Source of the DNA: Deinococcota bacterium
Lineage (GTDB): Bacteria > Deinococcota > Deinococci > Deinococcales > Thermaceae
Length of the DNA: 23,908 nt
Reading direction: 5' to 3'
Assembly: GCA_041695225.1 (NCBI GenBank)
Contig: JBGFRI010000023.1
Location: forward strand, 1 to 23,908
A program made the translations under genes and the position numbers. A model generated the notes under the pieces. It did not search any database and was not told the origin of the DNA. It worked only from the letters and a program-made list of their open reading frames with translations. Of the stretch, positions 1 to 7,740 are shown one piece after another (position 1 is the stretch's first letter; each line of letters starts with the position of its first letter).

Positions 1-138
1 TATCAGGCCTGAGCAGCCTTTGCTTGGTTAGGCCCAAGGCGAGCAGTTCATTGCCAAGCCACAGGGGCAGACGATCGGAGGGCTACGCCTTGAACCTGAT
101 ACCAGTTTGTCATACAGACGACAGGAATAGGTTTTTCT

Positions 139-258
139 CGTCATTGCGAGCCTGAGGCGTAGCCGAAGGGGAAGCAATCCAGATCACCCCGCCGGCTAAT
201 GGACTTTCGACCCTCTCCTGGACTGCTTTGTCGGCCCAAGGGCCTACCTGCAGTGATG
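139..258. repeat. CGTC-tagged REP-like palindromic element (degenerate dimer)
   Basis: Left arm CGTCATTGCGAG (139-150)...GAAGCAATCCAG (171-182) pairs with right arm CTGGACTGCTTT (218-229; 10/12 match to the reverse complement)...CCTGCAGTGATG (247-258; 8/12). Internal mini-hairpins GGC-GTA-GCC and GGCCC-AA-GGGCC. Resembles the widespread CGTCATTGCGAG...GAAGCAATC repeat family. Confidence 0.7.
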
Positions 259-404
259 GCGGGTTTTCTACATAGGCTTACAAGAAACAGCGATTGGCAG
301 TGAACCAGACTGCGTGGCCCGTGCCAAAGTAGCTGCGCCAAGTGGAGGCAATCGGCGTCAGGTTATATAGCTGGTGGGGTCGGTAGCCAGACAGCCCTCT
401 GAGA

Positions 405-468
405 AGCCGATAGCCGATAGCAACAACCGCTTTTAGCTATCGGCTATAAGCTATGAGCTATTAGCCAT
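405..468. repeat. Heptamer-repeat element (short copy) with 12-bp perfect stem, immediately downstream of the PSP1 gene
   Basis: ATAGCCGATAGC (410-421) and GCTATCGGCTAT (436-447) are perfect reverse complements. 443-468 is identical over 26 bp to 14367-14392. Confidence 0.8.
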
Positions 469-473
469 AACGC

Positions 474-1253
474 TTACTCGGCCTTTAGCTCACTTTTGTG
501 TACCGTAACCCAGCTGCCCTCATCGGTAATCAAGTCTACCGTTCCGGCCAGCGGGTTCAGCTTGGCGACCTTGCCACAGGTGCCCTGGATGCTACAGGCT
601 TTGGCGTTTTTGCGGGGCAGGTCGGCCAGAAGCTCCTGGTAGTGGTCGTGCTCGTACTGCAAACAGCACAGCAAGCGCCCGCACGGCCCCGAGATTTTCT
701 CGGGAGACAGGGGGAGCTGCTGATCGCGGGCCATCTTGATGGAGACCTGGGTAAAGTCTTGTAGCCAGGTCGAGCAGCACGACTCCATCCCACAGGCCCC
801 CAGCGCTCCCAGATGTGCGGTCTGGTCGCGGGGGCCCAGAGCAATGAACTCTACTCGAGCGCCCCCCAGCTTATTCAGCTCATTGACCCAGCGCCTCAGA
901 TCTATCCGTTCATCGGCCGAGTAATGCACCAGAATGTGGTTTCCATCCAGGGTGAACTCGCACCCCAGCACCTTGGCCTGGACGCCCTCCCGCCGCAGCC
1001 GGGCCTTGAGCCACCACTGCACCTCTTCACCCCGGCTCTTCAGGCTGGCATGATTGCTCAGGTCTTCGGGGGTGGCCAGCCGCACTACCTCCCCCACGGC
1101 GTGGTTCAGGCGTGGCCTGGTGCGTACCTTGGCTAGCTCCAGCCCCCGTCTGGTTTTCACCACAACCCAGCTATCTACCGGCGGGGGCTCGTGGCTAACC
1201 TTGAAGTTGTAAATTTTGGGGCCATGCGCAAATCGCACGCCGACACATTCCAT
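474..1253 (-). CDS. PSP1 domain protein (YaaT/RicT-like, Cys-rich C-terminus)
   Basis: MECVGVRF start with AGGAGGT RBS at 1258-1264 (minus strand). Motifs VKTRRGLE, FTLDG...HYSADERIDLR, GACGMESCC, ARDQQLPLSPEKISGPCGRLLCCLQYE. Lies downstream of holB as in other bacteria. Confidence 0.88.
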   Translation of the reverse strand: MECVGVRFAHGPKIYNFKVSHEPPPVDSWVVVKTRRGLELAKVRTRPRLNHAVGEVVRLATPEDLSNHASLKSRGEEVQWWLKARLRREGVQAKVLGCEFTLDGNHILVHYSADERIDLRRWVNELNKLGGARVEFIALGPRDQTAHLGALGACGMESCCSTWLQDFTQVSIKMARDQQLPLSPEKISGPCGRLLCCLQYEHDHYQELLADLPRKNAKACSIQGTCGKVAKLNPLAGTVDLITDEGSWVTVHKSELKAE

Positions 1254-1367
1254 TAAAACCTCCTCGGCTTGGGGGCCCGGGCGCTGCACCGGGCCAGTTG
1301 AGTGGTCATTCGGCAGATAGCAGGTGCATACTGCCTGTCCAGATTAAAGCACACTGGCTTTGAAAAG

Positions 1368-2249
1368 CTAGAGCCGCGACAGCTTTAAGGCCAGCCAGGT
1401 CTGCACCAGCTCCTCCCCTACATAGGCCGAAAGTGCATCCTGGGCGCGGCTCAAATCATTTAGGGCTTCGTGGTAGGCCGGGCTTTCTACTGCCAAGGTC
1501 TGTCCAAGCCGCCGGGCCAGATAAGGCAGGCCATCCTCTAGCTCACCCAGTAACCTGAGGGCTTCCAGAGTTTGGGCGGGGCCGGCCCGCATGGCTTCCA
1601 GTACACCCTGGGTACGGCTGGTCAGCCGGCCAAACTCTGCGGGGTGGTCGAGTGCCCAGCGCGCTTTGCCAAGCGACCCCTGGGCAAATGCCAGCACCTC
1701 GGGGTCGGTGCTAAGGGTTTGCAGCAGGGCCTGGGGCAGCGGAGCGAAACCAACCTCGAGGCTGCGGCTGACCAGGGTTGGCAGCACCAGCTCGCGGCTG
1801 GGGGCCAGCAGAATCAGGCGGGCAAAAGCAGGCGGCTCTTCCAACACCTTTAGCATGGCGTTGGCGGCAGGTTCTCCCAGCCAGTGCGCCCCGTCTATTA
1901 CCGCTACCTTGGCCCTAAAGCGCGGGTAGGTGACGATCCAGTCCAGCAGGTTCTGCTCATCGCCTCCCTCCCGCGGGGCGATCTGCTCGAGGCGGATCTG
2001 CGGTACGCGGGCTCTTCTGCCAGTCTTGGTCTCGGCCTGGGGGGCAATTTCCAGATAGTCGCTGTGGGGTTCCAGGCGGCAGGAAGCACAGCCGCCACAG
2101 GGCGGAAAACCCTGCTCACAGTTAAGCCCGCCGGCAAACCACCTGGCTACCGTGCGGCGCCCCACCCCTTCTGGGCCGGTAAACAAAAGAGTCTGTGAGC
2201 GCAGCCTGGGCAGCAGCTTCAGAATGTTTTGATGTCCTAGGATTTCCAT
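1368..2249 (-). CDS. holB: DNA polymerase III subunit delta'
   Basis: MEILGHQ start; LLFTGPEGVGRRT degenerate P-loop; zinc module C...PCGGCASC; HSDY; KVAVIDGAH; AANAMLKVLEEPP; LPTLVSR. The 82 extra N-terminal codons in the ORF track overlap the upstream gene and were trimmed. Confidence 0.9.
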   Translation of the reverse strand: MEILGHQNILKLLPRLRSQTLLFTGPEGVGRRTVARWFAGGLNCEQGFPPCGGCASCRLEPHSDYLEIAPQAETKTGRRARVPQIRLEQIAPREGGDEQNLLDWIVTYPRFRAKVAVIDGAHWLGEPAANAMLKVLEEPPAFARLILLAPSRELVLPTLVSRSLEVGFAPLPQALLQTLSTDPEVLAFAQGSLGKARWALDHPAEFGRLTSRTQGVLEAMRAGPAQTLEALRLLGELEDGLPYLARRLGQTLAVESPAYHEALNDLSRAQDALSAYVGEELVQTWLALKLSRL

Positions 2250-2283
2250 AGAGAATCTGGGTAGGGCAGAAGACCAGCCTCCC

Positions 2284-3057
2284 TCACTTCCCCAGTACCA
2301 GCCGCTCATAGAGCCACATGGGAAACTGCTCGTGGTGGAGTCGGGCGAGTATGTGCTCGAGGTTATACTTGACGCGGAAGAACTCCACCATGTCTTCCTC
2401 GGCGTCCCAGATGGCATAGGCGGCGCCGGGAACGCCGTCTCTGGGCTGGCCGGTTGAGCCGGGGTTGACGATGGCCCTGGCCCTGGGCACCACAATAAGC
2501 TCGCCCCCGTTGGCGTAGCGCTGGTAGCGCACCCAGCGCCCCTGGGGGTTTTTTGCCTCGAGGGCAGAGGCCGCGCCGCGCACGGTGGTGTTTTCCAGGC
2601 TCAGGTAGCTTCCGGCCAGATGGGTATGCCCGTGTAGTATCCAGCGGTGGTTTACTTTGCCAAACACCTCGCGGGCCTGTTCGACCTCCTCGAGGTAGGC
2701 CAGGGGGTCCAGCGGGCTGCCGTGCACCATCAGGGCCCCTTCGACCTCGGCAACCCAGGGCAGGCTGGAGAGGTACTCGCGGTTCTCGGGGCTGATGCGC
2801 TCGGCCTGCCAGGCCAGAATTTCCAGCACCGGCCCATCAACTTGCATGGCACCTATCTGTAGCAACCAGATGTCGTGGTTGCCCATCACTCCCCTGGCGT
2901 TCACCGAACGCAACCAGTCCAGCACCCGGTTTACGTCGGGGTAGTAGCCCACCGCATCGCCCAGGAATAGCACCTGGTCGTAGCCGCGGGCTTCCTTGAT
3001 GACGGCATCCAGGGCCGGCCAGTTGCCGTGAAGATCGGAAACAAGCAGGTAGCGCAC
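2284..3057 (-). CDS. Metallophosphoesterase (calcineurin-like, YfcE/MJ0936-type)
   Basis: Motifs SDLHGN, LGDAVGY, GNHD, VHGSP, GHTH, NPGSTGQPRDG. GTG start at 3057; the longer ORF-track start runs into the repeat element. Confidence 0.9.
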   Translation of the reverse strand: MRYLLVSDLHGNWPALDAVIKEARGYDQVLFLGDAVGYYPDVNRVLDWLRSVNARGVMGNHDIWLLQIGAMQVDGPVLEILAWQAERISPENREYLSSLPWVAEVEGALMVHGSPLDPLAYLEEVEQAREVFGKVNHRWILHGHTHLAGSYLSLENTTVRGAASALEAKNPQGRWVRYQRYANGGELIVVPRARAIVNPGSTGQPRDGVPGAAYAIWDAEEDMVEFFRVKYNLEHILARLHHEQFPMWLYERLVLGK

Positions 3058-3079
3058 AGCTCCCCAATCATACTCAGCT

Positions 3080-3200
3080 ATGGCGAATAGCTCATAGCTT
3101 ATAGCGGATAGCAAAATGTCGCAGGTCGCAGGTCGCAGGTCAAATAAAGGCTGAAGGCTGAAGGCTTTTAGCTATCAGCTATCGGCTATCAGCTATCAGC
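3080..3200. repeat. Composite heptamer-repeat element (complete, uninterrupted copy)
   Basis: (ATAGCnn)x4 arm, (GTCGCAG)x3, CAAATAAA, (GGCTGAA)x2, then (GCTATCA/G)x4 arm. Its reverse complement matches both ends of 14103-14392 and the left part of 17001-17120. Confidence 0.85.
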
Positions 3201-3211
3201 CTCATACTGCC

Positions 3212-4783
3212 TTACTCCCTCAGCTTGAAACGCTGAATCTTGCCGGTGGTGGTCAGGGGTAGTTCGTTGACAAAGTGGACCTCTCTGGGGTAGGCATGGT
3301 GTCCAACTCGCTTACGTACCTCTTCTTGCAGGGCCTGCTTCAGGGCTGGTGTACCCGTGTGTCCCTGGCGGAGCTTCACATGAGCCACGATGCGCTGGCC
3401 GCGGTCGGCATCTGCCACCCCTACCACCGCAGCCATTGCCACGGCGGGATGGTGCAGGAGGGCCTCTTCCACCTCAAAAGGGCTGATGCGGTACCCGGCG
3501 GCCTTAATCAGGTCGTCGGCGCGGGCCTTGAACCAGAGGTAGCCGTCGGGGTCTTTGCTGCCCAGGTCGCCGGTCTTCAGGTAGGGGCCGATAAATTTTT
3601 CCCGCGTGGCCTCTGGGTTGTTCCAGTAACCCAGGAAGGCAACTGGATCGGGGGTCAGGAGGGCTATTTCACCCACCTCTCCCGGAGGCAGCGGCTGGCC
3701 GGATTCGTCAATAATCTGGAGCCGATGCCTGGGATAAGGCAGCCCCATCGAACCCGGTCGGATGGGGTCGGTGGTGTAGGAGTTGCCTGCAAGCAGGTTG
3801 GCCTCGGTCTGGCCATAAAACTCGTTGACCGGCAGGCCAAAGTTTCCCTGCACCCAGGCCAGAATCTCGGCCCCCAGCGGCTCGCCCCCAGAGTGGATGC
3901 TTAATAGCGAGGGTAGCGCCTCGACCCGGTCTAGCTGGCGCAAGAGCTTTAGGGCAGTAGGGAAGAGGAAGGTATGGGTTACCGCCTGGCTTTTCATCAG
4001 ACTCAGCGCTTCCTGGGGGTCGAAGCCCCTGAAGCGGTAGGCCACAACTGTGTACCCGTTTGCCCAGGCACATAGCAGCACATTCAACAGACCCCCAATC
4101 CAGGCCCAGTCTGCTGGCGACCAGAATATGGCTTCTTGCCCTGGGAAATTGCAGAACATCCGGAAGCCGGAAAGATGTCCTATCAGGGTCCGGTGGGGTA
4201 GGAGCACACCCTTGGGCTTGCCGGTGGTGCCGGAGGTATAGATCAGGATGGCCGGATGGTCGGCGTGAGTGGTGGGCCGAGTAAAATGGGGATCGGCAGC
4301 CTGTAGCAGATCCAGAATCTGATCCTGGTAGATGACCCGGATTTCTTGTGGCAGGTCGGGGTTCAGGGTCTCTAGCGTTTGGCGTTCGGCAATCAAAAAG
4401 GCTGCACTCGAGTGCTCCAGGCGATACTGCAGGGCGTCCTGCCCAAACAGCACCGATAGCGGCATGGCAATGGCGCCGCATTTGTAGATGGCCAGGTGGG
4501 CCAGGGCCAGCTCGAGCGAGGGCCCCATCAGCAGCCCTACCCGGTCCAGGGGCTTTAAGCCCAGGGCTTTTAGAGCGTTGGCCAGGCGACTGGAAAGGGT
4601 GTGCAGATCGGCAAAAGTGGTCTGCCGCTTTAGTTGCGGCTCAATCAGGGCGATGCGGCCCGGATGCTGAGCGGCAGCTTTCTCTACCGTGGCCTGGGCC
4701 AGGTTGAAACTGGCCGGAACCTCCCAGACAAACCGCTGGGCCAGCGCTGCTCTTGGGGCCGGGTCGAAACGCAGGTAGTCCAC
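3212..4783 (-). CDS. AMP-dependent acyl-CoA synthetase (acetate/short- to medium-chain or aromatic acid CoA ligase family)
   Basis: YTSGTTGKPKG P-loop, WSPADWAWIGG, SGGEPL, EFYGQTE, TGDLG, RADDLIKAAGYRISPFEVE, LPLTTTGKIQR. Likely GTG start at 4783, with TATATT 8 nt upstream. Confidence 0.88.
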   Translation of the reverse strand: MDYLRFDPAPRAALAQRFVWEVPASFNLAQATVEKAAAQHPGRIALIEPQLKRQTTFADLHTLSSRLANALKALGLKPLDRVGLLMGPSLELALAHLAIYKCGAIAMPLSVLFGQDALQYRLEHSSAAFLIAERQTLETLNPDLPQEIRVIYQDQILDLLQAADPHFTRPTTHADHPAILIYTSGTTGKPKGVLLPHRTLIGHLSGFRMFCNFPGQEAIFWSPADWAWIGGLLNVLLCAWANGYTVVAYRFRGFDPQEALSLMKSQAVTHTFLFPTALKLLRQLDRVEALPSLLSIHSGGEPLGAEILAWVQGNFGLPVNEFYGQTEANLLAGNSYTTDPIRPGSMGLPYPRHRLQIIDESGQPLPPGEVGEIALLTPDPVAFLGYWNNPEATREKFIGPYLKTGDLGSKDPDGYLWFKARADDLIKAAGYRISPFEVEEALLHHPAVAMAAVVGVADADRGQRIVAHVKLRQGHTGTPALKQALQEEVRKRVGHHAYPREVHFVNELPLTTTGKIQRFKLRE

Positions 4784-4823
4784 TTGCGACAAATATACCT
4801 GTGAAGGCAGATATTCTGCTATT

Positions 4824-5438
4824 GTGCAGACCGTCATGGGTCATACCGACTGGCTGGAGTCGCTCCTGGTAGAACGTACCCGAACGCTGACCGACGAGTT
4901 TGGCAGCTTTTATGCCTGGCTCGAGGGCGCTCACGGGGGCCAGACCCTGTTGCTGTGGATGAGCAAAGCGATGGTAGAAGAGGTGTTGCCCCTGCTGCCC
5001 AGGCGCTTTAAGGGGCGCATGGTACTGGGGCTGGACATCTCCCAGGGCCACGCCGCGCCCTTCGCCAGGGCGCTGCACTGGGCCAGCCCCGGTCGGGCGC
5101 TGGTAGTGCAGCCGGGTGAGGGACTGGGCATCGCCTATCCTGGCCGCAAAGAAATATCGGAGGGGGAGTGGGTGGCCTGGGACGACCCACGCCAGGCCAG
5201 ACAGCTTGAAGTAGAGTTGCGTCCCGGATTCGCGTACCAAGAGCCCAGGGCCTATGCTCCCTGGGAAGCCCCCGCACCGGCCCCACTACCCCTAATCGAG
5301 GGGCCCAAGGTGGGGGCTGTTGGCTGGGAACAGGGTATTCCCACTTTTGGCCTGGGTTTGGTAGGCTTGGATAGAAGTCTTGAAGCCTTGCTCGAGGCCT
5401 GGCAGATGCAGTGGCCAGCGGTTGGGCAAGGCCCCTGA
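4824..5438 (+). CDS. Hypothetical protein (204 aa)
   Basis: Fills the gap between identified genes and has protein-like composition. GTG at 4824 is preceded by TATTCT 6 nt upstream; alternative ATG at 4836. Confidence 0.65.
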   Translation: MQTVMGHTDWLESLLVERTRTLTDEFGSFYAWLEGAHGGQTLLLWMSKAMVEEVLPLLPRRFKGRMVLGLDISQGHAAPFARALHWASPGRALVVQPGEGLGIAYPGRKEISEGEWVAWDDPRQARQLEVELRPGFAYQEPRAYAPWEAPAPAPLPLIEGPKVGAVGWEQGIPTFGLGLVGLDRSLEALLEAWQMQWPAVGQGP

Positions 5439-5485
5439 GTACCGGCGCGGCCGGGGGCACCAGCCCCTTCACTAGGAGGAATAGA

Positions 5486-5695
5486 GTGTTGTACATCATC
5501 CTGTTCACCATCGGCGCAATTCTGGTCACCTGGCTTTTGTATGCGGCTTTGCGCCCCCGCACCCTCGAGGCCCAGACCCCAAATGCCGACCTCCGCTTTA
5601 TTGCCATTTCCCTGGTGCTGATTATTCTCACCGCCGCTACTTTCGCCTCCATGCTGTTGCTGGGCAAGGTGGACGAGGCCGTCATACGCTTTTAG
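5486..5695 (+). CDS. Small two-TM membrane protein (69 aa)
   Basis: AGGAGG RBS at 5474-5479 before GTG at 5486. Two hydrophobic stretches: LYIILFTIGAILVTWLLYAAL and FIAISLVLIILTAATFASMLLLG. Confidence 0.7.
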   Translation: MLYIILFTIGAILVTWLLYAALRPRTLEAQTPNADLRFIAISLVLIILTAATFASMLLLGKVDEAVIRF

Positions 5696-6007
5696 CTCTA
5701 AGCCAGACTAAATCTGCTCGCGCGCCCTGATCGGGGCTTGTATCTGGGTGCACGGTAGCTTGGTGTAACAACTGCGTTTCTTCAAACTCCGGCGGTTAAC
5801 GCCAGGCCCTTACCCCGGGCCACGTTGCGGTCTGTCATCCCCGGCCAGTTTTTCCTGGCCTGGTGTCCTTTGGGCGTAAAGGCTGTGGCCGGTCCAGAAA
5901 CTGGGCTTAACTGCGATAATAACGCCCACCAGGACTACTTTGTCCAGCCCTAAAGGCTAGAATTGGCACAACCTTGGCCCACCGGCCAGACCTAAAGGAG
6001 CCACATA

Positions 6008-7444
6008 GTGAAGATGCGCTGGACACCCCTTCTGGCCGTGCTGGCACTGCTCTTAACCGCCTGTCCGTCGGCAGGTACGCAGACGGGCCAGCTCGAGGTC
6101 ACCATCACCACCCCTGCTGGCGTGGACGGCGACGTCCAGATAACCGGCCCCGGCGGCTTTGTCCGCATCCTTGCCGAGACCCCGCCCAGCCCCCTAAACC
6201 TGAACCCTGGCGAGTACACCATTACCGCCGCTGATGTTACAGCCGCGGGCACCACCTTCATGGGCACTGTATCGGTAGGCGCTGCCGCAGGAACCGGCAG
6301 TACTGTTACCGCCACTGTCGCAGCAAATGCAAGGGTCAGTGTAGCCGTGGTCTATACTGCCCGGCCCCCCTCCAGCGCGGTAAGCCCCAGCCGAACCTTC
6401 ACTTCCACCCTTGGTATTGGCAGCCTGGCCTTTTTGCCGGGGGGCGGCGCAGGGGAAGGCCGGCTTTATGCCACTGGTAACGCCAACACCTCAGCCGACC
6501 CCAGTGGACGGCTCTACCTCGAGCCCAGCGACCTGTTGGGAACCGGCGGCAGTATTCCCACTGCCCAGCTGACGCCCGAGGCTGGGCTGGCCCGACTGGC
6601 CTTCTCCCCGGCTGGAACGTTGTACGACCTCAGGCGCGGCGACCCTCCCCCAGCTAGTAGTACCTATATCAATCGCTTTGATCGTTCGACCGCAGTAAAC
6701 AACCTTTTCTCTCCGGTGGAACTGGCCATTACCAACGGCGCTTTCAGCTACGGTAACCCGCCAGTCTCCGATTACAACCTGCGGGCACCTTCCGACATGG
6801 TTGTGGATGCCAACGGCAATTTGTGGGTGCTGGACCCTACCAGTGAAGCCCGCGCGGTGGCTGATGGAATAGTGCCTCGTCCACCTGCCGGTCGTCTGGT
6901 TTGCTACTCTGCCGCTACACAGTCGGCGGGCATCCCGACGCCGGGGAATATCGGAACGCCCGGAGTGAACTACTACGGCACTGCCGTTGCCGGAGCAAGC
7001 ACGCTGGCTCTGGACGGGGCCGGTAACCTGTGGCTTGCAGGCGGTACTGGCGGCAGTGCTAGGTTGGTCAGGCTTCGACTTAGCGAGATTCGTACCGGCG
7101 GGGCCTGCCCCGGGGTTACAGCCACGGGCAACCCACATAATGAAATGCTAAACGTGAATTCCCCAGGAGTCACCAGCTTCACTGGCGCGGCCCTCACCTC
7201 GCCGGTAGATCTGGCCATTTTCGGTACCAATCTTTATGTGGCCCAGTCAGATGGAACCACCAACAACATACTCAGGCTTAGCACCGGCCTCACCTCCATT
7301 CCAGCCGATACCCTTCCCATCACCATCACCGGCCTGGCAGGCAACATCACCAGTCTGGCCGTAGATGCCAGCGGCAGGCTGTGGGTGGGCACTGCGGGTG
7401 CGCCTGCGCCAAACCCTGGAGGCCGCATCTACCAGCTCCCATAA
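6008..7444 (+). CDS. Lipoprotein 1: one beta-sandwich domain plus NHL-like beta-propeller
   Basis: AAGGAG RBS at 5995-6000; signal peptide with lipobox LLTA-C. Domain TGQLEVTIT...GP...LNPGEYTIT...VVY. Blade motifs LAFSPAGTLY, VVDANGNLWV, LALDGAGNLWL, LAIFGTNLYV, LAVDASGRLWV. Confidence 0.85.
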   Translation: MKMRWTPLLAVLALLLTACPSAGTQTGQLEVTITTPAGVDGDVQITGPGGFVRILAETPPSPLNLNPGEYTITAADVTAAGTTFMGTVSVGAAAGTGSTVTATVAANARVSVAVVYTARPPSSAVSPSRTFTSTLGIGSLAFLPGGGAGEGRLYATGNANTSADPSGRLYLEPSDLLGTGGSIPTAQLTPEAGLARLAFSPAGTLYDLRRGDPPPASSTYINRFDRSTAVNNLFSPVELAITNGAFSYGNPPVSDYNLRAPSDMVVDANGNLWVLDPTSEARAVADGIVPRPPAGRLVCYSAATQSAGIPTPGNIGTPGVNYYGTAVAGASTLALDGAGNLWLAGGTGGSARLVRLRLSEIRTGGACPGVTATGNPHNEMLNVNSPGVTSFTGAALTSPVDLAIFGTNLYVAQSDGTTNNILRLSTGLTSIPADTLPITITGLAGNITSLAVDASGRLWVGTAGAPAPNPGGRIYQLP

Positions 7445-7485
7445 GTTTTTTCACCATACCCGATAAGCACACATTTTCGCTGCAA

Positions 7486-7515
7486 GGGGCTGGTTTTTCC
7501 AGCCCCGTTTCGTTT
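7486..7515 (+). terminator. Probable intrinsic terminator after lipoprotein 1
   Basis: GGGGCTGG (7486-7493), loop TTTTT, CCAGCCCC (7499-7506), followed by GTTTCGTTT. Confidence 0.6.
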
Positions 7516-7591
7516 GCGCAGTTGCGCAAGAAACTGCACCGTGATCTGAAGCGGCCTAATGAAGACGCACTGGACAAGCGCCAGCTCTTTC

Positions 7592-7721
7592 GTTACAGAG
7601 GGCGTTATTACGAGGCTGTTGCTGGCAGGGGCTGTTGGGGCCAGGTAATGAAGCGCACCAAAGGCCCAGCCGCATCGCAACAACGCTTATAACGCCCCGA
7701 TTACGCGCAAAAGCCTAGCCT
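7592..7721 (+). promoter_or_regulatory. Putative regulated promoter of lipoprotein 2
   Basis: GTTAC (7592)-N5-GCGTTAT (7602); ATAACGC (7689)-N5-TTACGC (7701)-N9-TAGCCT (7716-7721, -10-like); AGGAGG RBS follows. Spacing is identical upstream of lipoprotein 3. Confidence 0.65.
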
Positions 7722-7740
7722 CTGCATCAGGAGGATTCAG

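Noticed and set aside
467..473. Isolated ATAACGC matching the lipoprotein promoter box
   Set aside because: Single copy at a gene 3' end, without the 11-bp partner or a downstream gene on that strand.
5843..5860. GGCCAG-TTTTTC-CTGGCC hairpin
   Set aside because: Short stem with no following U-tract; function not supportable.
7381..7692. 103-aa ORF between lipoproteins 1 and 2
   Set aside because: Overlaps the end of gene 1, the terminator and the regulatory boxes; no RBS or recognisable features.
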